A DNA stretch of 63,971 nt, the filler included, from Octopus bimaculoides (lineage: Eukaryota), in assembly GCF_001194135.2 (NCBI RefSeq). It is 3 parts of 3 records of this genome, joined end to end, with 100 filler letters (N's around TTAATTAATTAA, not from the genome) between each part and the next. Parts side by side here need not be neighbours in the genome. Positions count along the whole stretch, not along the records: positions 1 to 31,912 come from NC_068989.1; positions 32,013 to 58,945 come from NC_068985.1; 1 more part is not named here. One strand, given 5' to 3'. The notes beneath the pieces were generated by a model. That model did not search any database, was not told where the DNA came from, and saw nothing but the letters and a program-made list of their open reading frames with translations. Positions 24,816 through 35,018 of this stretch are shown in pieces. Made by a program: the position numbers and the translations under genes. Each line of letters opens with the position of its first letter. Within the stretch, counting starts at the first letter, position 1.

Positions 24816-25490
24816 AACGGAGCGAAGCAACTCGTGATAACTCAAGCAGTTAGGGAATGGACATCTACAGATATAATCACAAGCAGTCAGCCACCTAAAA
24901 GACAACACGACCAAAGGGAGAAAGAAGTTTACAACCAGCCAACTATGAGACACAGCTTCCCTCGACGCTATAACTATCACTAGCTCTCATCTCTTTACTC
25001 GGTAACCTTACCCTGGCTTTTTATCGGTTTACTACTACAAGAATGTGTACACACCTATACAGGCCAAAATTCTTTACCTTGCATGCTTTACGTACAAACT
25101 GTTATACGATTACACTGGCCTACCCGTTGTGGTATGGCAACATATAAAGTAACGGAGCGAAGCAACTCGTGATAACTCAAGCAGTTAGGGAATGGACATC
25201 TACAGATATAATCACAAGCAGTCAGCCACCTAAAAGACAACACGACCAAAGGGAGAAAGAAGTTTACAACCAGCCAACTATGAGACACAGCTTCCCTCGA
25301 CGCTATAACTATCACTAGCTCTCATCTCTTTACTCGGTAACCTTACCCTGGCTTTTTATCGGTTTACTACTACAAGAATGTGTACACACCTATACAGGCC
25401 AAAATTCTTTACCTTGCATGCTTTACGTACAAACTGTTATACGATTACACTGGCCTACCCGTCGTGGTATGGCAACATATAAAGTAACGG
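24816..25490 (+). repeat. Near-perfect 335-bp direct tandem duplication inside an LTR-like element
   Basis: aacggagcgaagcaactcgtg... starts at 24816 and again at 25151; I saw only one difference (cccgttg versus cccgtcg). The element ends ccgttaca at 25654. Confidence 0.92.
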
Positions 25491-26131
25491 TAAATAAATA
25501 TTTCTTAAAAACTTTATGAATTGTTCGTCTTGTGCATCCTGCAGCACATCGCTACAAACTAACAATTATCGTTACAATTGGTAATCTCTGACTTAAACAT
25601 ATCGATACCGTTACAATTGGTGACCCTTCCGACTCCAATAACCTTACCGTTACATATATATATATACAAAGACAGAACACATCTGTGGCTGAATAAATGA
25701 AATGCATAACAATGCTATGTATTTAAACATACAAATACAGGGATTGCTTCAATTTTCGTGTTCAGCAACAGTTGATGTGCTTAATAATTAATCAAATTTA
25801 ACAATTTCACATATGGCAATGCTCACAAAAAGGAAAAAATATTTTAAAATTACGTCACTGAATCCATGATAAACATTTAAACACATATATGCACACACTA
25901 AATTTTTGTAAGTAAACAGGCACAAAAACAGCTATCTGATTAAGCTCGCTACATAAAAATGTAGTTCTGGGTTCAGTCGTACTGTGGGAGCACCTTGGGC
26001 AAGTGCTTATGACTATAAACCCCAAGTCAGCCAATGTTTTGGAAGGCGTCTTGGCAGACAGAGAAACGGAAGAAGATTGTCGTGTGACTATACACACACA
26101 CACACACACAGATTTGACTATACATACACAC

Positions 26132-26625
26132 AGACAACATTATATGAAATATCATTGTCATAAAGGGGAGAGTGATAACATATTCAAGTCAGAAAATATT
26201 ATATGAAATATTGTTGTCATACAAGGGGGAATAGTTACATATTCAAGCCAGAAGACATTATATGAAATATCATAGTCATACAGGGGGGAGTGATAACATA
26301 TTCAAGTCAGAAAAGATTATATGAAATATTGTCGTCATAAAGGGGGGAATGATGACATATTCAAGTCAGAAAATATTATATGAAATGTTGTCATACAAGG
26401 GGGAATTGTTACATATTCAAGCCAGAAGACATTATACGAAATATCATAGTCATACAGGGGGGAGTGATAACATATTCAAGTCAGAAAATATTATATGAAA
26501 TATTGTCGTCATACAGGGAGGAATGGTGACATATTCAAGTCAGAAAATATTATATGAAATATTGTTGTCATACAGGGGGGAATATTAACATATTCAAGTC
26601 AGAAAACATTATATGAAATATTGTA
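26132..26625. repeat. Minisatellite of about 59-60 bp units, about 8 copies
   Basis: Unit ...acatattcaagtcagaaaatattatatgaaatattgtcgtcatacagggggga... repeats along lines 26101-26581. Confidence 0.95.
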
Positions 26626-26806
26626 GGCATAAATGTCGAGAATAGCAGGGCCGTTGTTAAGCCCCTGCAACCTCTGCGTTCGCAGTGAACGACGTGGTTT
26701 TGGGGCCCGTGTTAAGATCAAAGTATATAGATGAGCTATCTATTCACTTTGGTGAAGATGTTAACTGAAAATTTCAAGCTTGATTAGGTAACAGGTAACC
26801 GATTCT

Positions 26807-26915
<109 letters not shown>

Positions 26916-27699
26916 TTATATATACATGCATTAGTCCTCTGAACTTCTTAGACCCTCTTTTAAACTCTCTGATGAAGCCTAGAGGCACACCCAATACCCT
27001 AATTTTATCTACCAATCACTACAGGACACTGAAGAGATGGAAATAACGTAGGTTATTGTGACCTCTTGGCAGAAACAGCTGTAAGAAACTGTCCTTTTTC
27101 TATTCTATGAATTACTGCTACTATGTAATACAGTCTTTACATATGTATATATTCTCATAAATGTTTTAGAATAAATAAACATAATATAATGTCGAACAGT
27201 TGATGTATACTATTTCTGTACCCCCTCCATTTTCTTCTTGCTGTATCTATCTATCTATCTATCATCATCGTTTAACGTCCGCTTTCCATGCTAGCATGGG
27301 TTGGACGATTTGACTGAGGACTGGTGCAACCGGATGGCTACACCAGGTATATATATGGCATTATTATTTCATGTTGTTGAAAAACCGGTCACTTTGTACA
27401 CACAACAGTGGCCTTTGACCTCCTAAGGCAATAAAAACTGGAGACAAAATTCTTTCTGTACTAAAAAACAAGGCACACGAACACACACATGTTTGTTTGT
27501 GTGTATCTATGCACATATATAGAATACAGATATTGTTTGTTCACTGTCACCAAGCATCTCAATTCTTCAGTTCTAACTAGTTTGTGATCGAAGTATCTTA
27601 TTTTCTTTTAAAATTTGTGATTTCAGAAAAAGGTAAGAAATTCTTCATATTTTGCATCTTTGATATTTTGACTTTACATTTTGAATTGTAGAATTGTCT

Positions 27700-28320
27700 A
27701 ACCAATCATATTCTAGACGAATACAAAAAGCAAGTTGGATACAAACGAAAGGCCAATGATAAAGACGAGATGTATTGGGGTCTGAAAGTGTACTTAAGCA
27801 TAAGAACACTGACGACACCATTGTCTCGTCAAGAACATCTTCACCAAGATCTCCTTCAAGATATATTAAAACTCCAGAGAGAAGAATAATTTCAACATAT
27901 GATGATGAAATGCCGAACCAGTCACCAATAAAAACCAAGAAATGGTGCTACTTCAATAAATATAATATCAAAGAAAAAGAATTTGATAATTTTGATAAGG
28001 AAAATTTATAATTTCTTATAAATTCTTTTTTCAATATTATATATAGTTTCATTATATTACGCATGAGAAATATTATAATTTGTTTCTTCCAATAAATTGC
28101 AGTTAAAAATAAAAAATGTAAAGATTTATGAATCTGGGGAAGACTCAGACAACATTATATCAAATGTTGTGATCTTGCCACGACAAACAGAAACTGTCAT
28201 AATTGGTGTACACACCATTCTTGTAATTATTCCACTTAAAAAGGGATTTTTATGATCGACCCATTCAGTTTCAAAATTAAAGCTCTTCGCTCTCATTCAC
28301 TCATTTCCTACAGAAACATT
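27700..28320 (+). pseudogene. Possible degraded parvoviral NS1 N-terminal (HUH nuclease) region
   Basis: One frame stays coding-like for about 180 codons with four stops and includes NCHNWCTHHSCNYS, similar to the densoviral motif HxHxxH[SD]Cx[YF][ST]. It lies about 1.1 kb upstream of the NS1 helicase fragment on the same strand. Confidence 0.35.
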
Positions 28321-28977
28321 ATTGGAGTAGAAATGTTGTGTAAGTTATGCACTGGGGTTGAATTAATCGACTTAATCCCTTTGTCTGTCCTTGTTTGTCC
28401 CCTCTATGTTTAAAAGAAATAACAAATGTTGTGTAAGGGATGATAAAATTAAAAATCAATTTGTCATTTTACATTGAGGGAAACATCTCATTTCTCATTT
28501 TGAATGTTTGTCATTTATAGGAGAACAAATTGATTGGTAGGATGACAGAACTAAGTATGAATTCATTGCAAAAATGATACTTCAGATATTACTCCTTTCT
28601 CATTTAAAATGTTTGTCATTTGTAAGAATAGAAATGATTAGTAGGGTAAACGAATCTAATGTGAATTCATGCAATAATGAACCCTTAGATATTACTTCAG
28701 CACCATAGCATCATTTGCTAATACTAACAGAGTTTACATGGCAACAGAAATGGTCAATGCACACTTTCTATCAGTGATCTGTCAATACACTCTGTTGCTT
28801 ACCATTCCAGTCAGGTAAATGATTCTCCTTACTAATCCATTCACTTTGAAAATTAAAACAATTCAGTCAGGTTTTTTCAGGATTTCACATTTACAATAGT
28901 CAAAATTTGTAGGTATGAAACTGTTCAGTAGGTCAGGGCAGTGACCTCCCACCTGTCCCCAATATATACAAAAACTA

Positions 28978-29378
28978 TTGGGTTGTCCGGAAAGTTCCGT
29001 GCCGATTTATAGTAGCTTACCTTTCCACTTATTTTAGAACATGGTTGAGTCCATAAAATAGGATTTGACTACACCTCCATTTAGAGCACAGTTCAAGCTA
29101 TCTTTTCGTGGAAGAAGGTTTATGTTCCTATAACCTGTGTTAATTTTGTAACCCTTTAAAATGGAAGATAAGAAAGTTCATTTTCGGCACTTAATGCTTT
29201 TCTTTTTCCGGAAAGGGAAAAATGCCTCACAAGCAACCAAAGAAACATGCGCAGTTTACAGTGATGTTTCTTTATCCGAAAGAACTGTACGGAAATGGTT
29301 CGCAAGATTCCAAGCTGGAGATTGTAGCCTTATTGATAAAGAGCGAACAGGCAAACCAACCACTACAGATGATGACCA
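28978..29378 (+). mobile_element. mariner transposon 5' part (TIR plus N-terminal HTH of the transposase), 3'-truncated
   Basis: TA at 28976-28977 then TIR ttgggttgtccggaaag. ORF 29161 MEDKKVHFRHLMLFFFRKGKNASQA...SERTVRKWFARF..GD.SL.D.ERTGKP is a typical mariner N-terminus. Confidence 0.92.
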
Positions 29379-29381
29379 CGG

Positions 29382-30031
29382 TCGATAGCAGATTTGTTCC
29401 ATGTTTCGACAATTCAAGGAACAACATCGTTTCCTTTTCAGAATTTGGTTAATGTAGAAATAGGTTTAATCAAAGAACCTAACTTCACATTGGAGACTCT
29501 GCAAACATTCAAAAAACTAGCAGAAGGCATTGACACTGAGGTTGCTGTTAAATTTAAACACGACCAAACAGTACATCGTACACCATTGATTATAACATCA
29601 AATCTAAGATTTGGTCAGAATGCACCAGCTTCAGAAAAAGAAAACAGCATTTATAATGAGATACACAGAATTTCTTTTCAACACTGCAGGTCCTAAACTA
29701 AAAAACATTAAGAAAAAAATAAATCCTAACATTTGGAATTATCTTTTCTATGAACATTGGTTTTATAATATTGTAGAAGAGTCGGGATCATCGTCTCCCT
29801 GTCTTAGACGAATACGAATGTCTTGAAAGAGAGCGATTCACCCCTACAGGACGAAACAGATTTAGGTTTCCGTCTCCTTGTAGAAGCGGGGAGACTCTCG
29901 ACATCGAACCAAGCAAAGACGAAAGTAACAAAGAAAACGAAGAAGAGGAGATAGAAAAGAATGCAGGTGGAGAAAATACTCCAAATTCCTCAAGTCCGAC
30001 AAGTATGCTCAGTCACCAACAAAAATACTAG
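29382..30031 (+). pseudogene. NS1: Endogenous parvoviral element: densovirus-like NS1 SF3-helicase C-terminal half with two frameshifts
   Basis: SIADLF..SFPFQNLVN..IGLIKEP (Walker B, E>K), FKKLAEGIDTEVAVK (motif B-prime K-x4-G-x7-K), RTPLIITSN (motif C); then frameshifted TAFIMRYTEFLF...PKL...KKINPNIWNYLF; then an acidic tail ending TAG at 30029-30031. Confidence 0.88.
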
Positions 30032-30174
30032 AGATGCCTTCTCCTTCTGAGCAGTCGCAAGAATTTTAATATTTTTTTTTTTAATTTGCATGTCTTTAAT
30101 TATATAATTTGTAATTAATATTTCTTCTGAATAAATTGTAATTATCTGTCAATAAATAAATAATAATAAAAAAA

Positions 30175-31912
30175 GAGCAGTCAAAAAAAGAACAAAATAA
30201 CACCAAAGGAAGTCCGTTGAGGTTGGTGGTTTTGTTTTCTTTAGAGCTGGGTGGAATTTGTCAGAGAATAATTGTTTGTTTGCCGATAAATTTCGCCCAG
30301 CTTCGAGGCAATTCTGCCTGCTGTTTGTTGTGTAGTTATCGTTTCACTGCAAAAGAATTATTACTGGTTTTGAAAATTACCAATTTGAAGAAGGAATTGT
30401 TTGTTTAGCAAGCTGCAACGGAGCCAAGTTCAATTTAGGCCGGAGTACCATTGTGGCCTGGGATTTTTCTTCTGCCTGGAACTGTTCATTTTTGTTGTAC
30501 TCTTTGTGAACTGTTGTTTTTTCTTTTTTGTACAAATCATTTATTTTTATTTCTTCCGTTTTCATTGAACAGTTTTTCTAATTTTCCTGTGTTCAGAACC
30601 TTTTGGTTGGTGTTATTTTATTTTATGTGAACATTTTTCATGGCAGAGGAATAAGAAAGAAAAAAAGAAAAGGACACCACTTTGGAGTGGGAAGACCTTG
30701 AGGGGAGGACGGTGGTGTTAGGGACCTATTCGCTGTCACCTGATGCCATCGCCCTCTTCGATACAGATGTGATAGAAAAAGGGCTGGCAAGGTGTTTGCC
30801 AGCTAAAAAAATATTTTATAACAAGGGGTGTCAAGTACNNNNNNNNNNNNNNNNNNNNNNNNNNNNNNNNNNNNNNNNNNNNNNNNNNNNNNNNNNNNNN
30901 NNNNNNNNNNNNNNNNNNNNNNNNNNNNNNNNNNNNNNNNNNNNNNNNNNNNNNNNNNNNNNNNNNNNNNNNNNNNNNNNNNNNNNNNNNNNNNNNNNNN
31001 NNNNNNNNNNNNNNNNNNNNNNNNNNNNNNNNNNNNNNNNNNNNNNNNNNNNNNNNNNNNNNNNNNNNNNNNNCAGCTGGGAGGGTGCAAGGGCGACTTT
31101 GACCCTATGGACCCCAGTGGCCGCAGGGAAAATGACTTTCTCAGACTTTTTGAAAACGGCAGGCTTCAGGTATCCAGTGATACTGGAGGGTGGGCCACCC
31201 CCCACCCCAAGTGTCACTCGTGCCTGGAGTTGGACCACATCAAAAAGGATTGCCCAAGGAGCTGTGGTAAGGCCCCGGACCAGGGAAAGGTAAAGGAACA
31301 CTCCATTCTCCCTCTGCAGAGAAAGGCGGAGGAGGAGGTTGTTGAGGAGTCAACCTCAACAAAAAGAAAAAGGAAGGTGAGCAACTACCATTGCTCACCA
31401 GACGATGTGCAGGCTGCAGGAGAGGAGAAGGACCCCCCACCCCGGGTGTGCTGGTGGAGGCCCCAAATCCTGCAACCGGGAAAAGAAAAATGGAAGACGG
31501 TCGGCGGATGTTGATGTGCCGCCAATTGAATCCGAAGCTCTTCTGGTGGGAACTGTGCCACTGACAGAGCAGGTTGGGGTCCCTCCCTGTGAGATGAGGG
31601 TGGAATTGGTCATTTTCTACCTCAGGAAGGGACCTGTATAGAGGTTCTTGGACTGTCTTTTGGGCCGAGAGCCGTATAAATCAGTCTGTATAGACAGTTC
31701 ATGTTGGTCTCCTCAGGTGGCTGCAGAGGTCATCTCTCAAAAGGAATTAATGGAGGTCAGGAAGACCTGCAACAGTGAGGATTTCGTTTCCCTCCATCTG
31801 GGCCTGCCAACGCAGGATTTCCTGTAGGTGGCAGGAATCTTGCTTGGGAGCCTGGATGAGGAAGATCGAAGAAAAATTGAACTTTTGAATTTCTGTGAAA
31901 TTTTTAATTGTT
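30175..31912 (+). mobile_element. Non-LTR retrotransposon (L1/Tx1-like) 5' region and ORF1 with a CCHC zinc knuckle
   Basis: ATG near 30640 and EGRTVVLG...; after the gap, YPVILEGGPP plus a frameshift into KCHSCLELDHIKKDCP (C-x2-C-x4-H-x4-C), then a basic KRKRK stretch. No ORF2 is visible before the spacer. Confidence 0.75.
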
Positions 31913-32012
31913 NNNNNNNNNNNNNNNNNNNNNNNNNNNNNNNNNNNNNNNNNNNNTTAATTAATTAANNNNNNNNNNNNNNNNNNNNNNNNNNNNNNNN
32001 NNNNNNNNNNNN
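31913..32012. other. Artificial scaffold spacer N44-TTAATTAATTAA-N44
   Basis: Exactly 100 bp; the 12-mer puts stop codons in all six frames. An identical structure lies at 58946-59045. Confidence 0.9.
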
Positions 32013-32954
32013 ATGCGCAGGGAACTTCACCACCGGAAGCCCCTCGAGTGCGCATGCGTAGTAAAACTGGTACTTAAACAGTGAGTTTCATTTTCTCAGT
32101 GAGTTGAGGACAGACCTTCTACGTGACAACTCCTCGCTCCTCAACGAAGCACTCTTCACCTCGATGCCTTCAATGGTGATAGCTACTTGCATCTCTGGCA
32201 GGCATCAAGGAAGCCCTTAACCTTCCAATACCAAATTACAACTTAATCAGCGGCTGTTAAGCTGAATGACAGGAATTGTGAAACCAAGCATCATCAAAAA
32301 AAAAACAAACTTATTNNNNNNNNNNTTTATTATGCTGTTAAATTGTTCTAATGTCTCTTCATATATAATGCTGTTGAAAGGTGATAGAGAGAGACTACAG
32401 TCTCTATGACAACTATTCTCCATTTACATAGTAAATATGAATATGCAAATTACTATATTACTTCTTACATAAATTAATTCTATCTACAAATCCATTAATG
32501 AGGAAGATTATTCTCATTAGCTAAAGATTTTACAAAACAAGCGAGTTTAAATCAGAATTGTAATTACTTGAGAAATGAGATTTTGGCCTAAAATTTTAAA
32601 TGTTATCGGAGGATTTATTTTTATCTTGTACTTGTTTCAATCATTGGACTGCAGCCATGCTGGCGCAATATTTTCTACATTGTATCAACTGCATCAATTG
32701 TTCTCAATAATAAATGCTTTTGAATTATGATCTTCATTCTAGATATTTCTTTATCGTTTGGATAAGTATTCATCTTCAATGAGGCATGCTGAAGCAGGAA
32801 AAATCTTCATCCTAATTACAGTTATATCAAACAATGACTTGAAGTATTTAAGATTTCACGTTAGATTAGTAACCTATTGGGCTTTATTTCATCTTTATTT
32901 TATTTTTTGTACTAATTATTTTTGAATGACTGTGATAATATTAGTACAGCACTG

Positions 32955-33595
32955 GGATCTTGTTCAAAACGGGGGCACCAGAATTTTCTTAACGAAACAC
33001 TTTGAAACTTGGGACACTGGTAGAATGTGTCATATAAAACATCTTTTTCTCTTAGTCTTCTTGACAAAAAAACGTACATCGCAAGTTATTTCATGTTAAA
33101 GTTGTCGTATTTCTGTAATTTCAACCAATCACTGACGTCTATTCAGCTGAATAGAGTTACTGCTGACCGGTCATAAAAATGTTATTCCCTGTGACATATT
33201 TCAACCGGTTTAATCGTAATTTATACGCATATATTGTTTATATAATAAATTACGCTGTGCGTATCTATGTGTGTAACAATTTTAGAGTTCGGATTCTAGA
33301 GTTAGGGTTAGAGTTAGGGTTAACAGTCTAGTTAATCCGAAATGTCAGAACTAACGGGGATTAATACGATATACACCGTTACAGCGCTAACTGTTTTCAA
33401 CTGAATAGACGTCAGTGATTAGTAGAAATTATCGAAATAAGACAATTTTTTACATGAAATAAATTCGAATACAAAAATTTTTTTCTGTTCTATAACACAA
33501 AATAGATAAGTATACGAAGTTTGAAAGTCTTTCGGTACCAAAAACACTACATAAAACATAAATGAAAACTGGTGCCCCCGTTTTGAACAAGATCC
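32955..33595 (+). mobile_element. Merlin-like MITE with 8-bp TSD CAGCACTG
   Basis: TIRs GGATCTTGTTCAAAACGGGGGCACCAG / CTGGTGCCCCCGTTTTGAACAAGATCC; cagcactg at 32947-32954 and 33596-33603. A GG start with an 8-bp TSD fits the Merlin superfamily. Confidence 0.8.
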
Positions 33596-34621
33596 CAGCA
33601 CTGGACTTATCTGTTCTTCAGAAATCCTGTCCTGTATTGTGCAATATATTGAGTAAACAGAGATTGTTTTCAAAATTGCTTAATTTGCGTACGATGTGTT
33701 AAAAATAGTTTTGTTCCTTAATGGTTTGATACAGATTAAACGTACTCTACTTTAATTCGTATCTGTATCTGTTAAATAAAATCATGCTCATTACTTCATT
33801 TGAATTTCATCCTCTAAACGTTACGGTGTGTACATGACGCTGTATGATATATTTTAAGAATTTTAAGTGAATTAATAAATATCACAAGGAGATGTATTAA
33901 TTTGAATCTGTTAATTTAGTTCTTTACTTTTCATTGTTTATCTTATACCTTTAAGTATACGTTTAGGTTGTCTTCAGAAAACCAGGCCACTTTTGGTCCC
34001 AAGCTTACCGGTAGTGTACCACCGGTGTTATCCACAAGGCACTTAAGGATACATCACACAAAGTTTTTAACTGTTCTCCCGGTAGAATATATTTTCAAAT
34101 CCAGTGAAAATTAAATATTTTTGTCTGTAAAGTGATATGAAACATCGGTCAGTCAGTTAGTCGGTCAAAAATCATAACAACGTGGACTTTACCCGTGAAC
34201 TTAAACAGCTTTCTGCAAAATGTCATCTAACTGCCATTTTATAAGTATAATGAATATTTTTTTTTTTTTGCAAAAGTAAAACAAAGACCATGGAGTTATA
34301 CCCCTAGACAGAAGTGAGGAGCAGGAGAGGTCAGCCCTAGGTGACACTTTTATTAGGGTAGCATTTGTAGGTCTGCTTTATAAGCATGTGTATAGGCTTG
34401 GGGCCGGGAAGGAAAGCAGCAAAGTCAAGGAGAGCTCCAGACGACATAAAAAATTTAGCTGCACCAAAGGACAAATAGGTAAATTGGAAGTTCATGCCCT
34501 ATCAAATAATTTTAGCACTCTAGGGTTGACCATTCATGTGTACAAGTCTATACAGTTCTAGGTAAGAATTTATTGATTTTTGTTTGTAGAAGACTAGTAG
34601 TTTCAAAGACATATAAGTCTT

Positions 34622-35018
34622 GGATCTTTTTTAAAACGGAGGCCACATTTTTCATTAATGTTTTACGTAGTGTTTTTGGTACCGAAAGACTTTCAAACTT
34701 CGTATACTTATCTATTTTGTGTTATAGAACAGAAAAATATTTTTGTATTCGAATTTATTTCATGTAAAAAATTGTCTTATTTCGATAATTTCAACCAATC
34801 ACTGACAAGTATTCAGTTGTTTATATTTACTCCTTTGGCTGATTAAGCCATAGCTTCATTTTATTTGCTTTTTTCATTTTAAATTTGGTTTTTTCATTTT
34901 CTTTTTTTTTAAAGAAGACTAAGAGAAAAAGATGTTTTATATGACACATTCTACCAGTGTTCCAAGTTTCAAAGTGTTTCGTTAATGAAAAATGTGGCCC
35001 CCGTTTTAAAAAAGATCC
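34622..35018 (-). mobile_element. Second Merlin-like MITE, internally deleted, inverted, 8-bp TSD TAAGTCTT
   Basis: GGATCTTTTTTAAAACGG...CCGTTTTAAAAAAGATCC termini with taagtctt on both flanks; subterminal blocks are nearly identical to 32955-33595 in reverse orientation. Confidence 0.8.

Noticed and set aside
24816-25490. Penelope pseudo-LTR interpretation of the 335-bp duplication
   Set aside because: No hammerhead core or GIY-YIG remnant is seen, and the element ends in CA plus PBS-like units, which favours an LTR origin.
26132-26625. CRISPR-like array
   Set aside because: Eukaryotic context; the units are homologous along their whole length with no unique spacers, so this is a minisatellite.
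27645-27938. 97-aa minus-strand ORF
   Set aside because: Likely the antisense shadow of the A-rich plus-strand coding-like region; no recognisable motif.
30032-31912. Parvoviral capsid (VP/PLA2) gene downstream of NS1
   Set aside because: No PLA2 (YLGPG/HD..Y) or jelly-roll-like frame seen on either strand; the region carries a CCHC-knuckle ORF1 instead.
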